A stretch of DNA of 64,000 bases from Opitutales bacterium (GCA_965197745.1 CBDANS010000005.1:416001-480000), one strand, 5' to 3'. Positions 11,113 to 21,267 are shown, counted from the first letter of the stretch. Notes: generated by a model from the letters alone, not told the origin. Numbers and translations are program-made.

Positions 11113-14100
11113 ATGTCACCCTCTTTAAATAATGATCGTAATGTGCTGGTTGAGGACGTGATCACTCAAGCCAGAAAAAAGGTAAATAAAAAGAATCTCA
11201 AAATAACAGAGCGGTATATACACCAGTATTATAAGTCGGTATCCGAGGGAGATCTGAGAGAAAAAAAACCCTCGCAGTTGAGTGGTGCAGCCCTGGCGCA
11301 TTTCAAATTTGCCCAGATGCGAGAGCCCAAAGTACCGAAGGTCCGTATTTATAATCCCGACCTGAAAATTGATAATTGGGAGTCGACGCACACGATTGTG
11401 GAGATGGTTAATGATGACATGCCATTTCTCGTCGATTCACTGGGGATGGTTTTAAACAAACATGGGATCTCTATTCATTTGACGATTCATCCTATCCTCA
11501 AGGTTCGTCGCGATGCAAGGGGCAAACTAAGAGAGATCGCTGCCGGTGACGATGAAAGTGAAAACCTGCATTTGGAATCTTTTCAGCATGTTGAGATCGA
11601 TCGAGAAACAAATCCAGAAAAGATCGACCTCCTGGAAAAGGATATCAGAGCATCCATGTGCGATGTAAGGGCCGCGGTCGAGGACTGGTCGAAGATATGC
11701 GAGAAAATAAAAATAACTTGTCAAGACCTGGATCACAAGCCGCCACCCCTGGAACTGATGGAAGTTGCCGAAAGTAAGACCTTCCTGGAGTGGATGGTTG
11801 ATAATAATTTTACTTACCTTGGCTATCAGGAATATCGATTGAAAAAGAATAACCGAAAAGTTGAATTATACCCGGTGAAAGGAACCGGTCTGGGTGTTCT
11901 GCGAGATGGGCACCATAAGCAGTCACCGAATAAAGTACTCACGCCTGAAATTTTACCAAAACGGGTACAGTCGAAAGAACTCCTTATTATTACCAAAGCA
12001 AATTCTTACGCGACCGTTCATAGAAGAGCTTTTTTGGATTATATCGGCGTTAAAATATTCAATAAGAAAGGGAAGTTAACGGGAGAAAATAGAATTATCG
12101 GTCTATTTACATCAGTCGCCTACAATCGCAGCGTAGAGGAGATACCTTTTATTCGGCACAAGGTTAAGCAGGTGATGGAGCGATCACAGCTCTATTCCTC
12201 CAGTCATGCGGCCAAAGAGCTGCTTAATATCCTGGAAACATTTCCCCGCGACGATCTTTTTCAAAGCTCGTTGAATGAGTTGTATGACATATCCATCAGT
12301 ATCCTGCACTTGCAGGAACGCCAAAGAGTAAAGCTGATCATACGGCATGATCCCTTTGGCCGTTTCTTCTCCTGTTTGGTCTATATCCCACGCGATCATT
12401 ATAATACTCAAATACGTGAACGTGTTCAGGAAATTTTGATGGAGGATCTTCAAGGATGCTCCCTCCAACATGCCATTCGGCTTTCCGATTCAGTTTTAGC
12501 ACGCGTTCATATCATAGTCCGAACTGAACTGAGGAAAAAAATAAAAATTAATGTCTCAGAAATCGAAGAGAAAATAACGGCCACGGTCCGCTCATGGAAG
12601 GATACCCTGCATCAATCCTTGATCGAAAACTATGGAGAAGAAAAGGGCCTCAGCTTCTTCAGAAAATACGGCAATAGTTTTTCCGCGGCTTATCGAGAAG
12701 ATATCGCTCCCTCTGTCGCGTTCCTGGATGTTGCGGAATTAGTTGCCCTGGGGGAGAGCGAGGACAGTCTCCACCTCTCTCTTTATGAGGAGGTTTCTCA
12801 TCCCGAATCTAATCTAGGTTTAAAACTATATCGTCGAGGAGGCCCCATCCCGCTCTTTGATGCCCTACCCATACTGCGCCATATGGGGCTGAGAGTCATC
12901 AGTGAGCGGCCTTATCGTGTGAATATTAAGAGTGAGAAAAATGTATGGATTCAGGACTTTGAAATGATACATCGACTCTCAGATACTTTGACTTTGGCAG
13001 AGGTAAATAAAATTTTCGAAGATGCTTTTGTCCAGGCCTGGCGGCGCACCATGGATATTGATGGATTTAACAGGTTGGTTCTCAGTGCGCGTCTTACCTC
13101 TCGACAGACGACTTTGATTCGCTCCTATTGTAAATATTTAGTGCAGGTGGGAGTGCCTTTCAGCCAGACATACATGGAAAGAGTGCTTTCAGAAAATGCT
13201 TCATTGGCCAGACTGCTGATCGATTTCTTCGAAATTCGCTTTTCCCCTGCGCATAATGAGAAGAGGCGAAATCGTGATATGCGTTTGGTGATAAATAAAA
13301 TTGAAGATGAACTTAACGCCGTAGCGAGTCTTGATGAAGACAGGATTCTTCGCAGCTTTTATGATTTAATAAGCGCTACTCTCCGCACTAACTATTATCA
13401 ACGAGGAAAAGAGGGTGACGTTAAAAGTTATATCTCGTTTAAATTAGACCCTCATAAAATACCCGAATTACCCCAACCGCGACCGCAATTTGAAATATTC
13501 GTTTACTCCCGTCGTTTTGAAGGGGTGCATCTACGCGGAGGCAAGGTAGCGCGTGGCGGCATCCGCTGGTCAGATCGAAGAGAAGATTTTCGTACGGAGA
13601 TTCTGGGTTTAATGAAAGCGCAAATGGTTAAGAATACCCTCATCGTCCCGGTAGGGGCGAAGGGGGGATTTGTCGTCAAAAGGCCTCCCCTCGATGGGAA
13701 TCGCAATAAATTAATGGAAGAAGCAGTAGGATGTTATCAAAATTTTATTCGCGGACTGCTTGATTTAACCGATAACTATTCAGGGGATAAAGTAATATCG
13801 CCAGAGGCGGTAGTGCGATATGATGATGACGATCCTTACCTTGTTGTCGCGGCCGACAAGGGCACGGCCACTTTCTCAGATATCGCCAATGGGGTTGCCC
13901 AGGAGTACGACTTCTGGCTCGGCGACGCCTTTGCCTCAGGGGGTTCTGCAGGTTATGATCATAAAAAAATGGCTATCACTGCGCGTGGGGCCTGGGAATC
14001 GGTAAAGAGAAATTTTCGTGAATTAGGAGTTGATACCCAAACCAGCGATTTCAGTGTTATTGGGATGGGAGACATGTCGGGGGATGTTTTTGGAAATGGG

Positions 14101-15963
14101 ATGCTTCTTTCTCGCCATATATTGTTAAAAGCGGCGTTTAATCACCTCCATATTTTCCTCGACCCCCATCCGGACCCGAAAACGAGCTATGTTGAACGTG
14201 AACGGCTTTTTAAATTACCGAGATCTACGTGGGATGATTACGATAAAAAATTAATCTCTAAAGGGGGCGGAGTCTTTTCCCGTCAGTCTAAATCGATTAA
14301 CCTGAGCGCGGGAGTTAAAAAAATGCTGGCCCTGGATGTCGATGCATTGACCCCTCATGAACTGATCAAAGCAATTTTGCGCATGCCCATTGACTTACTT
14401 TGGAATGGCGGCATCGGCACTTATATTAAATCCCATGGTGAATCCCATTTTGAAGTCGGCGACCGCAGTAACGATAGTGTGCGTGTCAACGCAAATGAAC
14501 TGCAGTGCCGTGTCGTAGGGGAGGGGGGTAATCTAGGCCTCACCCAGCTTGCACGTATCGAGTTTGCGCTCAATGGGGGTCTTATTAATAGCGACTTTGT
14601 TGACAATGCAGGGGGTGTCGACTGTTCGGATCGCGAAGTGAATATTAAAATACTCTTAAACGTCGTAAAGCAGAAAGAAAAGCTGACAGTTAAAAATCGA
14701 AACCTGCTTTTGAACAAAATGACTGATGAAGTAACCTCCCTTGTCCTCGATGATAATTATCTCCAAAGTCAGGCTATCAGCATGATGGAAGCCCACGCTG
14801 CGGATCGTGTAAGTGAACATGCCCATCTCATTCACATCCTGGAAAGCAAGAACCAACTTGACCGGGCATTGGAGTACATTCCTTCGGATGATGAAATTAT
14901 TGAGCGCAAAAAAAATGGGAAAGGTTTAACGCGCCCGGAACTGGCCGTGCTTCTCGCTTACAGTAAGATTGCCCTCGATGATGAATTGCTGAAGTCAAAC
15001 GTCCCCGAAGACCCTTATTATTTTGCAGAAGAACTTGAGCGCTATTTTCCGGCCCCCGTGATAAAACGTTATACGCATCTGATGCCTTTTCATAATTTGC
15101 GTCGTGAAATAATAGCGATGCGGGTAACCAATAGCATGGTAAACCGGATGGGTGCGACTTTTGCTTATCGAATGTGGGAAGAATGCGGTGCCGATGCTGC
15201 CAGCGTTGCACGGGCATATACGATCGCACGCGAAATCTACAATACCAGGGAGCTGTGGGAGTCGATTGAATCGTTGGATAACAAGGTCCCAGCCAGTATC
15301 CAGTATTCCATGATGTTCCAGACAAGCCGGCTTTTGCGAAGAGTAACACACTGGTTGCTGGATGTTCCCAGGCGCTCAAAAAATATATCGGCGGCGATAG
15401 CGAATTATCATCATGGCATAAATACCCTGACTGAAATACTCCCAGATTTAATTGTCGACGATGATCTAACACGATTCAAAGAGATGATGCAGGAATACAT
15501 TGGGGTAGGAGTTCCTAAAGAGGTGGCAAAAAGAATTTCCGTCTTGAATTCTATTTATCCGGCATTGGATATAGTGGAAATTGCTTTAAATGCAAAAAAG
15601 AAAGTCGCCCATATTGCTTCCATCTATTTCAATTTAGGGTCATGTATGTCTTTAAACTGGTTGAGAAACCAGATCGAAATATTGGAAGTGGACGGGCACT
15701 GGTCGGCCGTCGCAAGGAGAACACTCCGTGATGATCTATACCATCTCCACCGCATTCTTTCCTCACAGGTAATTGTCCATGACGGCAAATCGAAAGCGGA
15801 AAATGCGGTGAATAACTGGTTGCATCAACACCGGGTTGAGACTGACCATGTCAAAAATATCCTTAATGACATGAAATCTGCCGGAGAAATGGATTTTGCA
15901 ACTTTATCTGTAGCGGTACAGGAAATTCGAAAACTCAGTCAAATGAATTCTGGAGGGCGATGA
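11113..15963 (+). CDS. Large NAD-specific glutamate dehydrogenase
   Basis: 1616 aa; DDMPFLVDS, VARGGIRWSDRREDFRTEILGLMKAQMVKN, DPYLVVAADKGTATFSD, GDMSGDVFGNGMLLS. Confidence 0.96.
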   Translation: MSPSLNNDRNVLVEDVITQARKKVNKKNLKITERYIHQYYKSVSEGDLREKKPSQLSGAALAHFKFAQMREPKVPKVRIYNPDLKIDNWESTHTIVEMVNDDMPFLVDSLGMVLNKHGISIHLTIHPILKVRRDARGKLREIAAGDDESENLHLESFQHVEIDRETNPEKIDLLEKDIRASMCDVRAAVEDWSKICEKIKITCQDLDHKPPPLELMEVAESKTFLEWMVDNNFTYLGYQEYRLKKNNRKVELYPVKGTGLGVLRDGHHKQSPNKVLTPEILPKRVQSKELLIITKANSYATVHRRAFLDYIGVKIFNKKGKLTGENRIIGLFTSVAYNRSVEEIPFIRHKVKQVMERSQLYSSSHAAKELLNILETFPRDDLFQSSLNELYDISISILHLQERQRVKLIIRHDPFGRFFSCLVYIPRDHYNTQIRERVQEILMEDLQGCSLQHAIRLSDSVLARVHIIVRTELRKKIKINVSEIEEKITATVRSWKDTLHQSLIENYGEEKGLSFFRKYGNSFSAAYREDIAPSVAFLDVAELVALGESEDSLHLSLYEEVSHPESNLGLKLYRRGGPIPLFDALPILRHMGLRVISERPYRVNIKSEKNVWIQDFEMIHRLSDTLTLAEVNKIFEDAFVQAWRRTMDIDGFNRLVLSARLTSRQTTLIRSYCKYLVQVGVPFSQTYMERVLSENASLARLLIDFFEIRFSPAHNEKRRNRDMRLVINKIEDELNAVASLDEDRILRSFYDLISATLRTNYYQRGKEGDVKSYISFKLDPHKIPELPQPRPQFEIFVYSRRFEGVHLRGGKVARGGIRWSDRREDFRTEILGLMKAQMVKNTLIVPVGAKGGFVVKRPPLDGNRNKLMEEAVGCYQNFIRGLLDLTDNYSGDKVISPEAVVRYDDDDPYLVVAADKGTATFSDIANGVAQEYDFWLGDAFASGGSAGYDHKKMAITARGAWESVKRNFRELGVDTQTSDFSVIGMGDMSGDVFGNGMLLSRHILLKAAFNHLHIFLDPHPDPKTSYVERERLFKLPRSTWDDYDKKLISKGGGVFSRQSKSINLSAGVKKMLALDVDALTPHELIKAILRMPIDLLWNGGIGTYIKSHGESHFEVGDRSNDSVRVNANELQCRVVGEGGNLGLTQLARIEFALNGGLINSDFVDNAGGVDCSDREVNIKILLNVVKQKEKLTVKNRNLLLNKMTDEVTSLVLDDNYLQSQAISMMEAHAADRVSEHAHLIHILESKNQLDRALEYIPSDDEIIERKKNGKGLTRPELAVLLAYSKIALDDELLKSNVPEDPYYFAEELERYFPAPVIKRYTHLMPFHNLRREIIAMRVTNSMVNRMGATFAYRMWEECGADAASVARAYTIAREIYNTRELWESIESLDNKVPASIQYSMMFQTSRLLRRVTHWLLDVPRRSKNISAAIANYHHGINTLTEILPDLIVDDDLTRFKEMMQEYIGVGVPKEVAKRISVLNSIYPALDIVEIALNAKKKVAHIASIYFNLGSCMSLNWLRNQIEILEVDGHWSAVARRTLRDDLYHLHRILSSQVIVHDGKSKAENAVNNWLHQHRVETDHVKNILNDMKSAGEMDFATLSVAVQEIRKLSQMNSGGR

Positions 15964-16079
15964 GCCCCCTGTGTATTAGGATTACAGGCAGGACAATAGA
16001 CTTTGCTGCGCCTGGCGCACCGATGGGCATCCTCATGGCATAATCTTTCAAGTGCATTTTCGCTCAAAAAAACAATCGT

Positions 16080-17237
16080 TTAAGCGAAGTATTTTTTCAA
16101 ACGATCGCAGGCATTCTCAAGATTGGTCATACTCGTAGCATAGGACAGGCGTAAGTAAACCTCCCCTTCATTTCCAAATGAATTTCCTGCTAAGACTGCA
16201 AGTCCTGCATTTTCCAGGAGTTCGTCCGCAAGTTGACCCGCATCTCTGCCTGTCTCTTTAATATTGGGAAAAACGTAGAATGCACCTGCTGGCTTGAGAC
16301 AATTAATACCGTGAATCTCGCTGAGGGCTGACACCAGGTAGTCTCTGCGGCTTTTAAATTCTTCCACCATTTGTTTTACACAGTCTTGAGAGCCATTGAG
16401 CGCAGCTAAGGCCCCATATTGATTAAAGGTGCAGGGGCAAGATGCGATATTGACGTTATAAAGTTCAAAGATATCAGCGAGGAATGAAGGAACGATGGCA
16501 TATCCCAACCGCCACCCCGTCATCGAATAACTCTTGGAAAAGCCATCGAGGATGATTACGCGTTCTTTCATCCCCGGAAGGGAAGCGATGCTGAAAAAAT
16601 TACCATCATAGAGAAAATCTTTATATATCTCGTCAGAGAGGATATAGAAATCGTGCTTCTTGGATTCTTCGGCTATTACCTCAAGATCTTCTCGGCTCAG
16701 GATGCCCCCCGTAGGATTATGCGGTGAATTTATGATGACGAGGCGCGTGCGTTTGCTAATACATGAGCGAAATTCGTCTTGATCAAAAGAGAATGATTTT
16801 TCTTCGCGAAGGGGTAGGGGAATGGGAGTAGCTCCACTGTGGGCTATGAGCGAAGCATACATGGGAAAACCTGGATCAGGGTAAATTACTTCATCACCCT
16901 TACCCGCAAGGCTTTGAATAGTGTAGAATATAAAGGGTTTGCCACCAGGTGCGACAATGACATTAGATGAGTCGATTTTGATACCACGTCGAGGGCCGGT
17001 AGCCTCGGAAATGGCATTTCGCAATTCAGGCAGACCCGGTGCAGGACTGTAACCGGTTTTCCCTTCACGTATCGCGTCTATAGCGGCATCACAAATATGT
17101 ATTGGGGTTGGAAAATCAGGCTGCCCAATCTCCAGATGGATGATGTCTTTACCTTGTTTCTCAAGTTGCTGCGCCCGTGCCAGCACTTTGAAAGCAGTTT
17201 CAGTCTGGAGTCCCTGTGTACACTCTTTAGTCTTCAT
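16080..17237 (-). CDS. Class I/II PLP-dependent aminotransferase (aspartate aminotransferase-like)
   Basis: LEIGQPDF, NSPHNPTG, SDEIY, GFSKSYSMTGWRLGY. The ATG at 17237 is preferred as start over the longer ORF call. Confidence 0.93.
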   Translation of the reverse strand: MKTKECTQGLQTETAFKVLARAQQLEKQGKDIIHLEIGQPDFPTPIHICDAAIDAIREGKTGYSPAPGLPELRNAISEATGPRRGIKIDSSNVIVAPGGKPFIFYTIQSLAGKGDEVIYPDPGFPMYASLIAHSGATPIPLPLREEKSFSFDQDEFRSCISKRTRLVIINSPHNPTGGILSREDLEVIAEESKKHDFYILSDEIYKDFLYDGNFFSIASLPGMKERVIILDGFSKSYSMTGWRLGYAIVPSFLADIFELYNVNIASCPCTFNQYGALAALNGSQDCVKQMVEEFKSRRDYLVSALSEIHGINCLKPAGAFYVFPNIKETGRDAGQLADELLENAGLAVLAGNSFGNEGEVYLRLSYATSMTNLENACDRLKKYFA

Positions 17238-17295
17238 GAAAGCAAAATACAATCGTTTGCGATGAGAGCAAGCATCACTTAAGAGGATTGACTAG

Positions 17296-18613
17296 TGGTC
17301 GTGACCACGAAAACTGGGACAGTTGAAAAGTTAGTCTGGGTAACCTAGAAAGGACTCAGACAATGAAAGGCAAAAGATACACGACCGAAGAGAAAATACG
17401 GATGCTGCGGCAGGCGGACAAAGGGAAAACGATCCTGGAAGCATGCCGCGAGAACAACATTAGCGAACAGACTTTCCACCGCTGGAAGCGTGAGTTTGGG
17501 ATGATTGATGTCGACCAGGCCAAGCGGATGAAGGAACTCTTTGAAGGAGAACGCGCGGTTAAAACGGATGCTGGCGGACAAGCTGCTGGGGATAGAGATC
17601 CTGCAGGAGACCCTCGAAAAAAAACTGTAAGCCCTGGGCACAAGCGGCAAGTGGCAGAGAGACTTGTGGCTCGGGGCCAGTGTTCGATGCGAGCGGGGTG
17701 CCGGTACTTTCGGCTGCACCGTTCCACCTATGCGTATAAGGCGAAGCATCCGGATGCTTGGTTAATGAAACTGAAGGCGGCAGTAAGGCGGTTATCACGG
17801 CAATATGCCAGGTGGGGCTATCCGAAGATCACGAAGCTGTTGAAAGACGAAGGCTGGGAGGTGGGTAAACGTCTCGTGCAAGGTCTACGACGCGAACTGG
17901 GCTTGGCGATCCCCCAACGCAAGCCAAGACGTCGGGGCAGGGGTGTTTCCACCGGGCTGCCGACCAAGGCCGAACATCCCGGCCATGTTTGGACCTGGGA
18001 TTTTATCCACGATAAGACGGTCCGCGGTGGCAGTTTAAAAATGTTGACCGTGCTCGATGAGTACACCCGCGAGTGTCGAGTGATCCATGTTGATCGCCAT
18101 ATCAATGCGGAAACGGTGCGCGGTATCATGCAAAAACTGCTTGCCCGTCATGGGCCGCCACAATATATTCGCAGTGACAACGGTTCCGTTCCGAGGAGCG
18201 AAGCGACGACATGCGAAGCCATTCATTGAAAAGGAATTGAGAGCCTGGCTAACTGCGATGAAAATCAAAACCCTCTATATCGAACCAGGAAGCCCTTGGC
18301 AGAACGGATACATCGAATCGTTGCATGCCCGTTTTCGCGAGGAGTGTTTAAACCGTGAACAGCTATGGACTTTGACCGAAGCCCGCGTGGTGATCGAGGA
18401 CTGGCGCTGGCTTTACAATAATGTCCGACCCCACCGCAGCCTCGGCAATATCACCCCACGGTGCTTCGCTGAAGACATTAATACCGAAGGCTTGGGCTCC
18501 ATTCGGGCTACGCCCTCATTGCGCCCAAGCCTTGACTTCCTCTACCAACTTAACTTCAACATTAACCTCTCCAGACTAACTCTCTCGGTGGACCAGTTTA
18601 CGTAACCCGATCA
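17296..18613 (+). mobile_element. IS3-family insertion sequence, inactivated
   Basis: Imperfect terminal IRs TGGTCGTGACCACGAAAACTGGGACA and (reverse complement) TGATCGGGTTACGTAAACTGGTCCA; orfA/orfB with an A8 slippery run at 17617-17624; no flanking direct repeat (CTAG vs CCTT). Confidence 0.88.
17363..18605 (+). pseudogene. IS3-family transposase orfAB, disrupted
   Basis: HTH orfA (MKGKRYTTEE...) and DDE motifs WTWDF, SDNG, PGSPWQNGYIES. A one-base frameshift lies near 17540 and a 32-nt insertion at 18189-18220 breaks SDNGSEF. Confidence 0.9.
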
Positions 18614-19307
18614 CCTTAACTAGGAAATTCCGATTTCAAATAAATATTAAACTGAGACACGATCGACCCCTCGATATTCTGATGATCAAAGACGGAACTC
18701 TTATAGGATAGAGGAATCAGTCATGCTACTGGCCGATGACTTAAAGATGGTTTCACAAGGACATTTTTATCCTATCTTATCCTATAAGATCATTCGATTA
18801 TAAGAGACTACACCCCTATTACCTGTATTGAGCTTTGCAGGAAATGCATGTCATAGTCCTTGATTGAGTATTGGTTCAGTCCACTGTATTCTCAATTGCA
18901 ACTGATCGCTTTCGGGATATGGGGATGCCTTTTCTTTCAAAAAACAAGCAGGAAGAAACAGGGGATAGAATGAAGAAAATCCTTAACGACAGACGACAGG
19001 AAAAGCTCTCTTAATGATTGTCAGGAATTATCCTGATATAATTAGTTAAATCGATGCCGGACAAAAAAAATACTGACCTTTAAATTCCAGATATGTCCGA
19101 ATTGGACATTGATGGATAACAGTCTGTTAGCTTAAATATATAATTTTTAAATATAAAGTTAAAGTTTGCTAAAGATTTGCTAATTATCATTCACTTTGCT
19201 GTATTTGACTGCATTTTAGTGCATTTTTAAAATTTCATAACGTACTTAGGAATAACAACTAGAGAAACAAGTTGAAATTGAATGAATGTAGATGCACGGT
19301 TATAACA

Positions 19308-19332
19308 GGTTCGACTCCCGCCACCTCCACCA
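19308..19332 (+). other. tmRNA (ssrA)-like 3'-end fragment, probable integrase att site
   Basis: GGTTCGACTCCCGCCACCTCCACCA forms a T-loop, acceptor 3' strand and CCA. No matching 5' half was found upstream. Confidence 0.7.
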
Positions 19333-19333
19333 G

Positions 19334-19739
19334 CCTTCGCCATTGGCGAGGGCTGCCACGTCGACTTGTCAAGCCATAGTTCTCGCGCGTAAGCGAGTTG
19401 GGACGACGGCTGAAGCTCGCTAGAGCGAAGACGAGCTTTACGGTACAAACGTACCATTCTCTACGGCTACGGCTTGGCAAGCCAGCTAATCATTAAAATA
19501 AAAATGATCCCCTTCGCCATTGGCGAGGGCTGCCATGTCGACTTGTCAAGCCATAGTCCTCGCGCGTAAGCGAGTTGGGACGACGGCTGAAGCTCACCGA
19601 GCGAAGACGGGCTTTACGGTACAAACGTACCATTCTCTACGGCTACGGCTTGGCAAGCCAGCTAATCATTAAAATAAAAATGATCCCCTTCGCCATTGGC
19701 GAGGGCTGCCACTTCGACTTGTCAAACCATAGTCCTCGC
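19334..19739. repeat. Tandem array of about 2.3 copies of a ~177-bp multi-hairpin repeat
   Basis: Units start with CCTTCGCCATTGGCGAGGG at 19334, 19511 and 19687; the first two are nearly identical and the third is truncated. Confidence 0.93.
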
Positions 19740-19929
19740 ATTTTAGCAAAAAATAAATATACGTTTATGCGAAGCCTGACCCCTTCTATGGGGAAAATAG
19801 TCAAGCGTGTAAAAATGTCAGTGCATAACTTGTTTAAGTTTCGTTGTTTAAAATAAATTCAGGATCGTCTCCTCTGATCGTTCACGAGTCTTAAGACTCG
19901 GATTAACCTGCTATCCGTGCATCACTTAA

Positions 19930-21232
19930 AGTGAGCACCCTGTGACATTTCCAATAGACGTGTCTAAATCAGAGGAGCAAGCGCTGCCCAATCTTTCAAG
20001 GACGGTATCCTTATTTAAAGAGACACCAGGGGTCAGTACGGGTCATTGCTCCGCTCCAAAAATGTTTCTTTTTTAGCTTCTCGTTGGCACCTCCTTAAGG
20101 GTTGATGGGGTTAAGTTGCAAGCCCAGTGCTTTGGCTTCCAGGCGACCGGTCTGGATCCGCCACCAGTCCACGGCAAACTGCCGGGCCAGGGCCACGATG
20201 ATCTTTTTCTTACGCGCTTTCGTCAGCTTCAAATCGCACAAGTGACGCTCCCACTTTTTAATCGCGTAATAGTCGGGCTGATACACTAACAGCCGCCACA
20301 CGCACTCGATGAGCAAATGGCGTAAGCGACGGTTGCCATGTTTATTGATCGGGCCCTGGAAACGCCGCTGGTTGCTACTGTCTTCACTGGGGCACAATCC
20401 GGTGTAGCTGCCGATCTGGCGGCGGTTTTTGAAACGCTGCCAGTTGCCCACCTCCCGCTCTAAGAGAATGCAGGTCATTTTGCCCAAACCAGTGGGCAGT
20501 CCTTCGGGAGCCTCGGCCTCAATCTTCTTGGTTAGATTCTTGAGCTCCTCATCGATCGCGAGGATGATCCTCCTTAACGGTTCCAACAGCTCACACACCG
20601 TGGGCGGCAGCTGCGCTCGGCAGCGCTCCCACTTGCGGCGGTTCCACCACGGCCCCCGCAGTCGTCCCCCATAATACATGACCTGGCTTCTACCCTGTGC
20701 GGCCAGCCGCTGGCGCTGTCTCATCATACTCTGGCGTTGTCGACTCACACTGCGTTTGCGCTCCTGCTCTTCGCTCGGGACGTAGACCACACTGAAGGCT
20801 TCACGGTTACCGTTCACATAGCGGTCCAAACAAAGGGCCATTTGATGGGCATCGCGTTTGTCCGTTTTGACTTTTTTCCCATACTCGTCCCAGTCGCGCG
20901 GGCGTATCACGTAGTTCTGCACCCCCAGTTGTTTTAACTGTCGATGCAGGCTGTAGCCAAACGGTCCGGCTTCATAGCAGCTGACTATCTGCTGGGCTTC
21001 CTTTACTACTTGCTGTTCTATCCATTTTAGAAACGAAGGGGGACTGAATCGGCGGGGCGCTTTCGGGGTGCCACCGTCTACCATCATAACCACTACATAG
21101 CGGTCGATATGGACATCAATCCCAAGCTTGATTACTTCGGCTTTTGTTTTAACTTCTTTTGTTGATGACGTGGGTTTTTTCATAGGGTTGTCAGGGTTTG
21201 TGATTCGCTCACCCCTGACAATCCCCATGTCA
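19930..21232 (-). mobile_element. IS110-family element with a long 3' non-coding end; boundaries approximate
   Basis: DEDD recombinase gene, structured ~160-nt region downstream, hairpin GATTGTCAGGG...CCCTGACAACC upstream of the start. Confidence 0.7.
20095..21183 (-). CDS. IS110-family recombinase/transposase
   Basis: GIDVH, CYEAGPFGY, KTDKRDA (DEDD) and C-terminal GLCPSEDSS...KHGN. Start set at the ATG at 21183 (MKKPTS). Confidence 0.92.
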   Translation of the reverse strand: MKKPTSSTKEVKTKAEVIKLGIDVHIDRYVVVMMVDGGTPKAPRRFSPPSFLKWIEQQVVKEAQQIVSCYEAGPFGYSLHRQLKQLGVQNYVIRPRDWDEYGKKVKTDKRDAHQMALCLDRYVNGNREAFSVVYVPSEEQERKRSVSRQRQSMMRQRQRLAAQGRSQVMYYGGRLRGPWWNRRKWERCRAQLPPTVCELLEPLRRIILAIDEELKNLTKKIEAEAPEGLPTGLGKMTCILLEREVGNWQRFKNRRQIGSYTGLCPSEDSSNQRRFQGPINKHGNRRLRHLLIECVWRLLVYQPDYYAIKKWERHLCDLKLTKARKKKIIVALARQFAVDWWRIQTGRLEAKALGLQLNPINP

Positions 21233-21267
21233 TCTTTTGACTCTTTCTGGTCACTAGTCTTTTCCCG

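Noticed and set aside
18189..18220. Micro-inserts as translational bypass elements
   Set aside because: No consistent take-off/landing codon pair restores the lost Glu, and one copy lies in non-coding DNA
19240..19332. Complete tRNA or tmRNA gene
   Set aside because: Only the T-loop and 3' acceptor strand are present; no complementary 5' strand or other arms were found
19334..19739. CRISPR array
   Set aside because: Whole 177-bp units repeat with no unique spacers, and there are no cas genes in the window
19227..19856. Short ORFs in the repeat regions (also 33899-34310, 35510-35774, 49333-49638)
   Set aside because: They are incidental translations of non-coding repeats with low-complexity products
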